The translations under genes were made by a program, and so were the position numbers. From assembly GCA_951406725.2 (NCBI GenBank), contig OX597828.1:72912001-72976000 (forward strand): a stretch of 64,000 bases of DNA. The letters are read 5' to 3'. The notes beneath the pieces are model-generated. The model saw nothing but the letters and a program-made list of their open reading frames with translations. It searched no databases and had not been told where the DNA came from. The stretch is from Octopus vulgaris. Lineage: Eukaryota. Below are positions 26,932 through 40,725 of this stretch, one piece after another; the first letter of the stretch is position 1, and the number at the start of each line of letters is the position of its first letter.

Positions 26932-27215
26932 TTAATGTTGCACACATCCTTTTGGCAAACTCACGAATTCTTTTTCTTCTCCCCCCCTCCCCATGCACAT
27001 CTTGTCAAGCCCTGAATGCTTTAAAACAAGAGATCGGATTAATTAAGTCGAGACGGGAGTGACTTTTCCTTTTAAAGAGAATAATGAAAACGAGGGGAAT
27101 GCGCAGATAGACAGACAGACAGACAGACGGACGGACAGGCGGACAGCCAAACAGACAGACAGACAGAGAAATAGATATGTAAATATATGTATAAATAAGT
27201 GTATATATCTAAATG

Positions 27216-27270
<55 letters not shown>

Positions 27271-27430
27271 GGCGGTGCCCCAGCATGGCCACAGCTCGTG
27301 AGCTGAAACTAGATAAAATAAAATAATATATATATATATATATATAAGAGTATTATTGTTTACGATAATATCAAGTGTCATAGCATGCGTAAAAGAAGTG
27401 TGCTGGTGCTATTTGTAGAACCCTTAATTA

Positions 27431-27499
<69 letters not shown>

Positions 27500-27675
27500 G
27501 AGAGAGAAGGCTAGGAAAGATTCAAATCATAGCATCAACGCTCTTAAGTGGAGAGGCGTGGGTAGGCCTTCCTAATTCTGCACACAGCTGTAAACCTAAA
27601 AATGGATGAGTGTATACATGTGTGTACGTATGGTAGACACAAGCGCACGTGTACACATAGATGATTATATATATA

Positions 27676-27735
<60 letters not shown>

Positions 27736-27869
27736 CACACACGAACATACATACACTCTTGTAGGCGGTACACTGGGAGAAACTTGTAAGAAAATAGTAT
27801 ATCACACATCGACGCATGCATATATACACGTACATACCCACTTACAATTATACAAGTATACAATCAACA

Positions 27870-27900
<31 letters not shown>

Positions 27901-27910
27901 CATACATACA

Positions 27911-27946
<36 letters not shown>

Positions 27947-28716
27947 TATACTCGGTAGATGTCAACGCGTGACCGGGTAAGACCACTTCCTAAACTCACT
28001 AAGTCTTTGCAAATGTTCTGATAACCCAAGAAGTTCCTGTGCGTGAGTCTACTTTCAGTGGGCGAAATGTTGCACAACCCTAAACCCACTCCTAAATGCA
28101 ACTAGCGATAAAACCAGGTGATACTTTAGGATTTTTGAAAACAAATTTTAATACAAGTTTACCTTCTTCTAGAAGAAAGAATTGACAAAAGCTAAGGTTT
28201 CTTCATACCGAGTGGTTTGCATGTTGGTTAACCCATAAGTGGGATCTTGAAAGGTGTTACTATTCAGGGTCAGATAAGATCTGGGGACACTAGTGTCTTA
28301 GAGGTGGTCTCACACTATTCAAAACACTGGAACTCCCGTATCAGGGCCCTACTACCGGATGCTGTTTACTACTATAGAAACCAATAGCAATTATCTTTGT
28401 AAACACCTCTTCTCGTCACACCTTTCTCTTTCGGGTTATAAAAGAAAAAAAAAACAGGTAGCGATTTAAATACTGAGTATATGCTGTACACATTCACTTG
28501 CACTACACTCACCCACATACACACACGCACACACACGCACACACACACATTTACACACACATATACAAACACATGCACGCACGAAAGCAAAGGCGCAAAA
28601 TTGCTATGATCTTTGGACAATAAGTGACGAGGGGTGAGCTTGTCCACGTCTTGTGTGGGATTTTCCCGTCTGCTCATTTGTCGTCTTTCTGTTCATTCTA
28701 TACATATATATATATA

Positions 28717-28903
28717 CTAGCAGTATCGCCCGGCGTTGCTCGGGTTTGTAAGGGAAATAACTATACAGCATTTTTAGAGAGTTATAGCCAAAAAATAGCA
28801 AAAAAATATCAAAAAAATGCATTAAAAATGGCAAAAATATGATGGTAATTTTTTTTTAAATCGTTGACTCATCGTAGACATTTTTAGAGAGTTACTTCCC
28901 TTT
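28717..28903 (-). mobile_element. Short non-autonomous Helitron-type element
   Basis: ctagcagtatcgcccggcgttgctcggg closely matches the 3' terminus at 24081. Internal inverted motifs aagggaaataact / agttacttccctt. Confidence 0.7.
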
Positions 28904-28937
28904 AAAAAAATATGCATGAAAATAGTCTTCATGTAAA

Positions 28938-29212
28938 CCTACCTACCTACCTACCTACTTACCTACCTACCTACCTACCTACCTATACCTACTACCTACC
29001 TACCTACCTACCTACCTACCTAGTTACTACCTACCTACCTACCTACCTACCTACCTACCTACCTACCTACCTACCTACCTACCTACCTACCTACCTACCT
29101 ACCTATCTACCTATATACCTATCTACCTATATACCTATCTACCTACCTACCTACCTACCTACCTACCTACCAACCAACCAACCAACCAACCAACCAACCA
29201 ATAAACCTACCT
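28938..29212. repeat. (CTAC)n/(CAAC)n microsatellite
   Basis: Direct inspection. Confidence 0.95.
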
Positions 29213-29677
29213 ACATATATACATACATATACACATACATATACACATACGTACATATATACATGCATATATACACACATATACATGTATAATTACATTA
29301 ATATATACACATATAATTGTATACACATATGCATATGAAGACAATTAGCCGTGGCGGCTAAAATAAACTATTCAAGAATATTATTATATAAATATGTAAA
29401 TTATATGTAAATTATATGTACAGATTGTACGAGTACGTTCGATTCCCAACCCTTACATTTCTGTAAAGGAGCAGCTGATATTCTTTAAACATGTACCTGT
29501 ATGTATATGTGTGCATATGCGTGCTTGTGTGTGTGTGTGTGTGTGTGCGTGTGAGTAATTTGTAGGTTCCTGGGAGGATTTTTTCCAGTTAAAAAGTTGG
29601 CCAACGCCCTGTTCAATTTGGAGTTAACAATAACGCACACACACACACACACACACATACATACATACATACATACA

Positions 29678-29709
<32 letters not shown>

Positions 29710-30039
29710 CACACACATACATACATACATACATACAGACAGACAGAGAGACAGACAGACAGAGATATATACATATATGGCTACATACACACATATATAC
29801 CTATACATGCATATATACATATATATATGTGCATATATATATGTTTGTTTATATATGTATATATATGTTTGTGTATATGTATATGTGTGTGTATATATGT
29901 ATGGTTTCATAGTGTAGATGCTGGCACAGTCTCCGAATTTGAATCACATCCGTTATGACGAGGCTCGAAGCAGACGCCGCTAACAATGCCAGTAATGACA
30001 TTAGAGACAGGAATAAAAAAACGAAAGAAAGAAGACAAC

Positions 30040-30455
30040 ACCACGTAGTCTTGGGTTCAGTTCCACTTGGGGGCACCTGGGGCAAAAATCTCCCACTTTA
30101 GCTCCGGGCCAGCCTTGTGAGTGGATTTGATAGATGGAAACTGAAAGAAGCTCATAGTGTGTGTGTGTGTTGTGTGTGTGTGTGTGTGCGCGCGTGTATG
30201 TGTGTGTGTGCATGTGTATGTGCATGTATGTGTGTGTGGATGCGTGTGTGCATCTTTGAGTTCATATTTGCCCTCCACCACCGCTTCAAGGACGGTGCTG
30301 GTTTGTTAACATCCCTGTAACGTAACACTTCAACAAAAGAGACGGATAAAATAAGTATCAGCATTTAGACAATAAATACTGGGGTCAATTAGTTCGAGTG
30401 CAGCCCTCTGAGGCGATGCCGCAGAATGGCCACAGGCATTGACTGGAAGAGGTAA
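30040..30455 (+). mobile_element. SINE family C, degenerate
   Basis: ttgtgagtggatttgatagatggaaactgaaagaagc, internal (TG)n and tail homology. Confidence 0.75.
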
Positions 30456-31085
30456 AAATTAAAAAAGGGCGACAAAACAATAACATCTATTTCTAGCGTC
30501 GGTGCCACTCTGCCTTCTGGAAGTAACCAAACCTCAAAGAATTCCCAATCGAAATCGATAGAATTCCAGTTCATCACTTTGAGAAACAAATTCATATGAG
30601 CCAGCGACAGGATTGACACCTATCGGCTGATTGACTGTCATCTTTAAATGCTCAGGTCCCCGAGAGTTTAGAACCGGATCTTCGATGGAACCAAATAGAC
30701 GAATGTTCGGAGTTGTTCCCTCTCAAGCAATGATCAGACTTACTCCCCTCTGCATCCCCCATAATTAACCATGAAGATGATGATTATTTCTCTTCGCGAT
30801 ATTTTAAATTTTAATTAATTAAAATATTTTTGCTTTATTATATTAAATCGTATTAATACATGTTTTACTAAACATGTGCTTCCGGTGTATTATTTACCAT
30901 TAAATGATCACAGAAAGGTTATTCCTCAATTTACTTCATGAACCATTATTTTTTTAATGAAATCAATCAAGTACGAGGCGGGGTGTGGAGCGCCGGAAAG
31001 TTCTTGGCTTTGGGTGGAAGAAAATACAGGAGGATCAGTTAATTATGATTTTACTCAACATTTTTGATATAATAAGGCCCTCACT

Positions 31086-31505
31086 AAGGCGGCAACGTAG
31101 TAGAATCGTTAGGAGGCCGGGGCAAATGGGGAGCGGCATTGCATCTGTCTTTACGTTCTGAGCTCAAATTTTGAAGAGGTTGACTTTTGCCTTTCATCCT
31201 TTCTGGGTCGATAAAATAAGTACTAATTGTTATAGACTTACCCATCTCCCACTAAAATTTCTGATCTCAAGCCAAAATTTGAAAGCAATATAATGGGTCT
31301 CCATTAAGGCGGCGAGATGGCTGAGTCGTTAGCGCGCCGAAGCAATATACTTAGCGGCATTTCATCCGTCTTTACGTTCTGTGTTCAAATTTCACCTTTC
31401 ATAGTTTCAGGGTCGATAAAATAAGTAGAAGTAGAGCTCTGGGGTCGATGTAATTGACTTAACTCCTCTCTGGAACTTGCTGGCCTTGTGCCAAAATTTG
31501 AAACC
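31086..31505 (+). mobile_element. Two tandem degenerate SINE family B copies
   Basis: Heads aaggcggc... at about 31086 and 31306, each followed by ttacgttctg..caaatt...gggtcgataaaataagta. Confidence 0.75.
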
Positions 31506-32135
31506 GTTATAATTGTGCTTTTCATAAAGATATTTAACCCCTATACGACCTAAAGCTACTAACTGACACAGAAGGATTACACTTATCTCTTTACACATCA
31601 ATATTGTTTTAATCCATTATAATTTTGTTTTTATTCTAATCTTCTCTTTAATCCTGTCTTTTCTGGAGATTAATATAAGTTCGTCAAAATGGCGTTTGTT
31701 TAAACGATTCCATTACATTATATTACATTCAGAATAAAAAGAAATGAAACAGAAATGTCACGAATAAATATCATTTACCTTGCCCCAACACTATACAGAC
31801 AAATGGCGAATGCAGCAACGCGCTGCAACTGCATACATCAGCGCACCTGACCTAACATTTAATGTGTCAACGCCAACGGGGTGGTGGTGGCCAAAGGTGA
31901 ACCTTTGAACTTTGGCATGATTATGGGTCAGAGGGAGTTACTAAAGCTCTGGAATGATTGGTAGTTTTGTGTTGCAAGAGTGAAGGGCTTCGAGAAACAT
32001 TTGAAATAGGCCGACTCAAGATGTGGGTCCAGCGTGTGTATCATGTTGGATACCCTTGGATATCCAACAAGGGGATAATGCTGGATTATCCACAGTTCAG
32101 CCAATTCACGTCCTAATAGACAACACACACACACA

Positions 32136-32188
<53 letters not shown>

Positions 32189-32263
32189 ACATGCATGTTT
32201 GTGTGTGTGTGTGTGTATGTGAAATCATGTGTGTGTGTGCATTATACAAGTCTATATAAAAGT

Positions 32264-32587
32264 GGTCCTCCGTCGGTTACGATGGTGAGGTTTCCAGTTG
32301 ATCCGATCACTGGAACAGCCTCCTCATGAAATTAACGTGCGAGTGGCTGAGTACTCCGCAGACACGCGTACCCTTAACGTTGTTTTCAGGGGGATTCAGC
32401 GTGACACAGAATGTGAGAAGGCTGGCTCCTTTGAAATACAAGTACTACTCACTTTTGCCAGCTGAGTGGACTGGAGCAACGTTAAATAAATTACCTTGCC
32501 CAAGGAGAAAACGCGTAGCCGGGAATTGAACTCGCGACATTACGACCGTGAGCCGAATGCCCTAACCACTAAGCCATGCACCTGCAC
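32264..32587 (-). mobile_element. tRNA-derived SINE (CORE-like head, gtaaccgacgg tail)
   Basis: Minus strand tggcttagtggttaggg...gagttcaattccc; tail shared with 51771-52155. Confidence 0.85.
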
Positions 32588-32629
32588 TATATATACCTAT
32601 ATCTATCTATCTATCTATCTATCTATCTA

Positions 32630-32719
<90 letters not shown>

Positions 32720-32810
32720 ATATATATATATGCACGTACATGCATTCACGTATAGACGCACGCACATTCGTGAACACGCACATACACGTACACACGGACA
32801 CGGACAGGGA

Positions 32811-32850
<40 letters not shown>

Positions 32851-32978
32851 ATAAAAGAAAGAATTGTGTTTCAACGTTGTTTACTTTGAATTTTGCGTTG
32901 CTGCTTATCAAAACATTTTACTCTCAGCTTTTTGCACGTGAGTACCAACTCCGTTAATTTATAGCAACTGGCCTTATA

Positions 32979-33025
<47 letters not shown>

Positions 33026-33370
33026 ATATATTTATATATATATGTATATATATATATCCGTTAATTTATAGCAACTGGCCTTATATATATATATATAGGT
33101 TTGTAGGTGTACATATATATATATGCATGCATATGTATTATATGTATTTATAGGTGTGCATGTATATATGCATAATAATTAGCATGTGCGTGGGTGAGTG
33201 TACGTGCGTGTGTGTGTGTGGGGGGGGTCTGGTCGAGTTCCCCTTTTTTGTGCATACCTGACAATATCTTATACTTGTGTTTGTGTACATATGTAGCCCC
33301 GCCCGCAAAAGAAAGTGATGTTTGAAATCATTTATGCCTAAATCTTATCACACATACACACACCTATATA

Positions 33371-34510
33371 CAGGATGCGGCATTATATTAAAAAGGTTGA
33401 GTAAAATCATGATTAACTGATCCTCCTGTATTTTCTTTCACCCAAAACCAAGAACTTTCCGGCGCCCCACCCCCCGCCTCGTACTTGATTGATTTCATAA
33501 AAAAAATAATGGTTCATGAAGTAAATTGAGGAATAACCTTTCTGTGATCATTTAATGGTAAATAATACACCGGAAACACATGTTTAGTAAAACATGTGTT
33601 AGTACGATTTAATATAATAAAGCAAAAATATTTTAATATTGTCGTCGAAATTACGCAAAAATGAAAATAACACTGACATTCTCATTTTAACAGATATATT
33701 TATTAAAATTACATAAAAATATCTTGAAATACTGAAGAGGAAATTTATTCAATAAAACCGCCATTGGCTTCAACCACGGCCTCCAGACGACTTTGGTATC
33801 TCCTGCAACTCTTCTGGACTCTCTCCTTGTTTAAGTTGGTGAATGGTGCTATAATCCTTACTTTTAGTTCATCTTTGAGGTTACAAGGAGTTCTGTTGGT
33901 CTCTCGCTCAACTGCACTCCACACATAATAATCAAGGGGATTGCAGTGTGGGGAGTTAGGTGGCCAGATGTTAGGGGTGATGTGGTCACAGAAATTGTCT
34001 GACAGTCATTACTGGGTTCTCCTGCTTGTGTGGCATGGTGCAGAGTGCTATTGCCAGATATAAGGTCTTCCAGCTGTCACCTTCTTGACCCAGGGCAGCA
34101 CTACCTCCTCCATGTACTAGATGCAGACCTCCGTCTTGAGTGTGAAGCCGTGTGGGAAGATGAATGGAGGCATAACGTTGCCATCACTAGTGACCACTCC
34201 AAATACCATGATGTTGATTGGATGTTTGATTTTTATCACTCTCGGTACATATCCTCAGATTGCACTGTCCTCAGATGGACACCCAATCACTCTGAAATGT
34301 TCATATTGGAGCTTCCGTCGCGAATGCCAAGCAGCACAGCATGTCGTTTCCAAGTTTCTCGTCCAGCAAATTACGGCATTGTGCTGTTTTTCTCACAGAC
34401 GGTGCCCAGCTGACCCTACTATGCTGTGTAGTCGACAAAATCAAAACCAAAAAACACGCATGCGTGAAGTTAAAAATATATGATGGCAACAATTTACCCA
34501 TAGCACGCTG
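33371..34510 (-). mobile_element. Tc1/mariner-superfamily transposon, maT (DD37D)-like, decayed
   Basis: TA-flanked termini caggatgcggc.../...tagcacgctg. The minus strand encodes SAPCHTSRRTQ..LSDNFCDHITPNIWPPNS..NPLDYYVWSAVERETN...RLEAVVEANGGFIE with frameshifts. Confidence 0.85.
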
Positions 34511-34880
34511 TATATATGTATGCATGTATGTATGTAAGAACAAAGAACTGCCGTTGGCCATTTCGCCTGGCGTGCTAACGATTCAGCCAGATCGTCGTCT
34601 TACGTATGTCATAATATTCCATGTACAAGATGACTAGCAATGGCGGCTGCAGTTGCTCCCACCTCGAAACCACTGAACAACAATACTAGTTTTAATTGTC
34701 AAACCAGAAAGCAGCTGGAGTTATGAGAACTCTTTTGAAGTTGATATTGGGAAACCACTCCGTGCCCATCATGCCTGATTCACTTACAAAGCACAGACCA
34801 CTTCATGTTGTAGTGTCAGGGTAGATTTCATCCCGGGGAATATGCAATAATCCGTGAAGCATGCGAAGTGCTCATTTATT

Positions 34881-35096
34881 CTTTTCTTCTCAAGGCACAA
34901 GGCCCGAAATTTGGGGGGAGCGGGGAGTCAGTCGATTAAATCGACCTCAGTACGAAACAGGTACTTAATTTATTGACACCGAAAGGATGAAAGGCAATTC
35001 GACCTCGGCGGAATTTGAACTCAGAACGAAACGGCAGACGAAATTCGGCTACGCATTTCGTTCGGCGTGCTAACGTTTCTGCCATCTCGCTGCCTT
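34881..35096 (-). mobile_element. SINE family B
   Basis: Reverse complement of 18226-18459, with a degenerate 16-bp TSD gaagtgctcatttatt/gaggtgttcatctatt. Confidence 0.85.
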
Positions 35097-35412
35097 GAGG
35101 TGTTCATCTATTAAAGGATAAATGCGAAGAGAAACTTTTCGCCGAAGAATCCGAAACTCAAAAATAAACAACGAGTTTCTACGGTTTCTTTCGCATCGCT
35201 CAGTCTTGTTTTACTTGAAGAAGACTTTGTACTTTAATTATTTGTTTGTTTATTTATCTAATTATTTATTTATTTTTTGTACTCGATAGACTAAATTTTT
35301 AAAAAAATCTGAGAAGAGTTCTTGTGGTTCCAATATAACGTAGATGACAGAGTTACTTAAATCTCATGTGTGCGTGTATATATAAATGGGTATGCATGAA
35401 TGTATGTATGTA

Positions 35413-35916
<504 letters not shown>

Positions 35917-36051
35917 GTATTTTGTGTGTGTAAATATATAATTAAGTACTTCTGTCTACCCGGTTCCAAGAAGAAAAAAAAACGTACCAATTTGTCAGGT
36001 TTGTTTTTAAACTTAACTTGTCAAGCAGAAGTAAACAGCTACATAACTGTG

Positions 36052-36149
<98 letters not shown>

Positions 36150-36361
36150 GTATATGTATGTATATGTAAATATGCATATGTGTGTGTGTGTGTGTGCGTG
36201 TGTTTGTGTATGTACATATATATATATACATATATGTAAGAATATATTATATATGTATATATATATATATACATTTGCATGTTTATGTGTGTATGTATAT
36301 ATACGTATATATATACACACTCATACAAACACTTACTGAGACTCGCACACACGCACACACA

Positions 36362-36396
<35 letters not shown>

Positions 36397-36423
36397 CGCG
36401 TGTATGCCTGTTTTTCCTGGGAT

Positions 36424-36494
<71 letters not shown>

Positions 36495-37169
36495 TAGTCT
36501 TGTGAAGCTGATTAACACTCTGCGAACTGTGAAGTGTTTAGACGGATGCGGGTTACCACACAGCTCCCAGCGACATTACATCAAAGTTTGCCACAAACAG
36601 ACCACTCAACTGGCGGAAGCCACTTGAATGTAGATAAGTGTATGTGAGGCAGGAACATTGCGAGGTGATATGCAGTGGGAGCAGAAGAATTATGCCGAGT
36701 GTTTCTTTAATTTGAGAAATTACGAAATTTCATTCCTTTTCTAACATGGGTATATATTTTATCCCAAGAAATACGAACTCCCACAGAACCTGATGTAAAT
36801 CTAGCGTGTAGGGGCCAGCACTGTAGCAGCCAATACTGCTGCTGGTGTTGTTGCAGTTGCTGTTTAGCCCCAGGTTAAGTCTCATCAAGAAGGTCTATCA
36901 TCATAGATGTTCACGCATTGAGACTGAACCCGGAACCATGTGGTTGGGAAGCAAGTTTCTTACCACACAGCCAGTGTAACTTTTATTAGAATTTCTTATT
37001 TAAGACAATAGAGTATAATTCTAAGGATATATTAGCTGCTATTTTCAGCAGTTTGAATGACAATATAGAGACTCCTTCATTGGTTGATGTGAGATAATCT
37101 CGAGGAACAGGTTGATAACAATAACAGGACTTGATAACAATAACAACAACTACAACAATAATAGTTTCG

Positions 37170-37373
37170 ACTTTTGGCTAAAGGCCAGCGATTTTAGGGG
37201 GAGGGGGTAAATCAATGGCATCACCCCAGAACTCACCGGGAACTTATTTTATCGATACCGATTGATGAAAGGCAAAGTCGACCTCTGTCATTTGAACTGA
37301 GAATGTAAAGACGGACGAAATGCCGCCAGGGATTTTGTTCGGCATGCTAACGGCTCTGCCAGCACGTTGCCTT
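37170..37373 (-). mobile_element. SINE family B, degenerate
   Basis: gatgaaaggcaaagtcgacctc...tttgaact. Confidence 0.7.
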
Positions 37374-38844
37374 ACTTCTAATGAGTAATAAAGTCATCTA
37401 ACATATCATGCGATTGTTATTTAAGAGGTCTCCCTAAGTCAAAAGGCAGCCACTGGATTTTATAAACGATTGACCACTCTCATTTGCAGGTTTTGATGGT
37501 GAGGTGGGTGCAATCCGTTATCGTAAGCAAAAGGATTTGGATTGTTTGTCCACTACGGAGAGGATTTAATGTGAGGAAAGAACAACTGCACAAACCAACG
37601 AGCACAGCACAATGATATTTTAATAAGAACCGAGATGATTGCTGGACCCTGGGTCTGATCTGAATCTGTGTGTAGCACAGTTATAACCTAAAGCTTCTCA
37701 AGAATGCAACCGTGGATTGTGTTGAACTGCGGAATATTATGCAAATTAGATATTAGTCTTCTACCATAGCCTCGGGTCGGCAAAAACGTTATATGAGGAA
37801 TCTGGAGGATGCAAACCAAAGACTCGTCCGCCAAATGGGTTTCTATCTTTTTTCTGGTACCCAGGGATCAGGAAATGGTATTAAGCGATCACCCGATCGT
37901 TGGGTAGTTTTAGCCGAGTGCATTCTATTGCCAGCATTTAACCCAAGTCTGCGATCTAAGCATACTTTCTTCCCGTCTTCTCGTATTCCCACCAGCTTTA
38001 GAGGTCCTGAAAAGGGTTATGGGACAGACCCTCACTTCCCTAACTGAATGATGGAAAATGTATGATAAAATGAAATTCACAATTTCTGAACGAAAGACGT
38101 GGTGGTCACGTTTGAACATGTTTGCTTTGATGTTTGTCGGGTCAAAATTTATCTCAGGCTTAAAAACAACAAGGTTCAACATAACTACTAACAACTAAAT
38201 GGACTCGTCTATTGACTTTTAACTTGCTTTTCCAGTGCACCGTCACCTCTGACATTTACAGGCCATGACCGCGACAGGAAAGTTTACGCTAATTGGCTTA
38301 CTTCGGTACCTATTTCTCCATCATAAGACCTAAAATCGACACCAAACACTAGACTTACACTGTAAGTCTAGCTCTCGTGTTTGTAAAGTAGTTGTATTTA
38401 GTAAGAGCTGAAATTCCCGGTACTAATGGAATTAATGAGCGTGAAATTGTAATATTAATCTTCCTATCAGATATTATGTAATATTTTGAATTTTTTTTTA
38501 TTTTACTCTTTTTGTTTTAAATAGCATTTCTAATTGGTAACTATGTAAATAATAAAAAAGTTTTTCATACTTACTTTGAAATGATACATTTTCCGGAAAC
38601 ATGGCTTCCGTCTCTCTTGTGTTGTTGTTTGCGGTTTCGTTATTTCTCTCCAAGACAGTCCTCATTGGGCAGGTCTATTGTTAAAATCATTCCAGCTGTG
38701 AACATTCCATTTTTTCTACATTCATGCCTGCATTATCTAATGCATCCTTTTTTTTCTTTTTGTCGTTTGCGAAATAGCATTATGTAGAATGGGATCTGCA
38801 GCAGCTTGGGTGTTTGTGTAAATATCTTTCCATTAAAATAATCT

Positions 38845-39238
38845 TTTCTACTCCAGGGTCAAGGCCCAAAATTTTTGGTGAGGAAGCCATTCGATTAGGT
38901 CGACCCAAGTGCGTAACTGGTACTTAATTTATCGACCCCGAAAGGATGAAAGGCAAAGTCGACCTCGGCGAAATTTGAACTCAGAACGTAACGGCAGACG
39001 AAATACCTATTTGTTTACTACCCACAAGGAGCTAAACATAGAGGGGACAAACAAAGACAGACAAATGGATTAAGTCAATTATATCGACCCAGTGCGTAAC
39101 TGGTACTTATTTAATCGACCTCGAAAGGATGAAAGGCAAAGTCGACCTCGGCGGAATTTGAACTCACAACGTAACGCAGACGAAATACCGCTAAGCATTT
39201 CGTCCGGCGTGCTAACGTTTCTACCAGCTCGCCGCCTT
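38845..39238 (-). mobile_element. Two adjacent or nested SINE family B copies
   Basis: The block gaaaggatgaaaggcaaagtcgacctcggc appears twice (about 38940 and 39123). Confidence 0.85.
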
Positions 39239-39957
39239 AGTAACACGTAACATTAACGCATAAGAAATAATAGAAACACAATCATAAATAAAGGCAAATG
39301 TCCCTACATGGGTGGGAAATCGCCATCTTGTGGGTATATCAGGGTAACCTACAACTATGACCTTCTTCTGCTTCCCTTTACATAAATAGAAAGAAAGTCA
39401 TAAAAATACAAAGACTGCATTGAAAATGACAACACATTATATTCAAATCTGACACTGTTTGGTTGAACGTTATACAATTAGAAAGCTGATAAATATTCAC
39501 TGTAGGGATAGTAAAAAAAAAAAAACCAGGAAAAAAACTAATACAAATATCTAAAAAACGAGAAGGGGGATAAACAACCGTGATTTGTCATAAAGAATTC
39601 CAACACCCACAAGATAGATGCTGAAGTAACGGATAAGTTGATAGGAGAGAGGTGTAACAACGACGAAATTTTGAAGATAAACACTTATGGTTAGGATAGG
39701 CTACGGAATTGCATGATAAAGTGGTGACAAGAAATTCGACCAAATGGCCAATATCTCGGGCAAATATTCAACAGAAAATTTTTTTTAAAAAGGTACAGAC
39801 GTGACTATATATAAAAAACTTATTTCCCAACTAAATGGTTCCGGTTTCAGTCCCACTGCATAGCATCTCGGGCCTCTGTTTCAACTTTAGCCTTGGGCCG
39901 ACCAAAGCCTTGTGAGTGGATTTGGCAGACGGTGCAGTAACTGAAAGAAGCCCATCG

Positions 39958-40706
39958 TATATATGGTCGACTCTAGCGCTAAAAATAGATCCGCTATGGT
40001 ATTAGCCGCTAAAAATTGTTTCCAAGGAGAATTAACACAACATTTGCGGATCTATTTTTAGCGCTAGAGTCGACCATATAGTGGTCACTCTCTTATATTT
40101 ATGTATAAATTTTTATTGTATCCCTGGTTTTTATGCGCTAAGCCACTTGGTGTTAAATTGATGATATCATTAAATTAATATCTAATTTTTCACCCTTATT
40201 TGTAATTTTAATTATACTGCAGTAAATCTTTTATGCAGTATTCGTTTCCGGAAGTCTTATTGCATTTTTGGCGGAGGAATTTGAATCATAACTGTTAGTA
40301 CAATCGATTAAACCGCACGTGTGTTTGACGTTATGTTAAAATTTAGCATGCGATTTAATAAATTGTATTTTAGACAAATTCTACTGATGAACTATAGATG
40401 TTGTGTAAGTAAAATTGCATATTACATTAATAGCGAAACAATTGTCCAGAGTTATTCTATATTTTTGTTATTTTTCACTTGCCTCGTTTACGTTAAATGT
40501 TGTGTTAATTCTCCTTGGGAACAAGTTTTAGTGGCTAATACGATTGCGGGTCTATTTTTAGCGCTAGAGTCGACCATATAGTGGTCACTTTCTTATGTTT
40601 ATGTATAAATTTTTATTGTATCCCTGGTTTTTATGCGCTAAGCCACTTGGTGTTAAATTGATGGGATCATTAAATTAATATCTAATTTTTCACCCTTATT
40701 TGTAAT
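39958..40706. repeat. Composite inverted + direct repeat element
   Basis: 39958-40045 is inverted at 40494-40580; 40045-40206 is directly repeated at 40545-40706. Confidence 0.8.
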
Positions 40707-40725
40707 ATATATATATATATATATA

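Larger units (their letters stand above)
24081..27080 (-). mobile_element. Non-autonomous (internally deleted) Helitron
   Basis: Minus-strand 3' end has a CCCG-agcaacac-CGGG hairpin (24093-24108), then CTAG (24081-24084) followed by T. A RepHel N-terminal remnant lies inside. The 5' boundary is only approximate. Confidence 0.75.

Noticed and set aside
27950-30760. Exons of a second protein-coding gene in the unique-looking segments (also 18680-19170 and 37490-37720)
   Set aside because: Splice-like signals exist, but no consistent open frame or recognisable protein motif was found.
32950-33087. 30-bp direct repeat tccgttaatttatagcaactggccttatat around a (TA)n tract
   Set aside because: Most simply a slippage duplication or assembly overlap at a microsatellite; no element inside.
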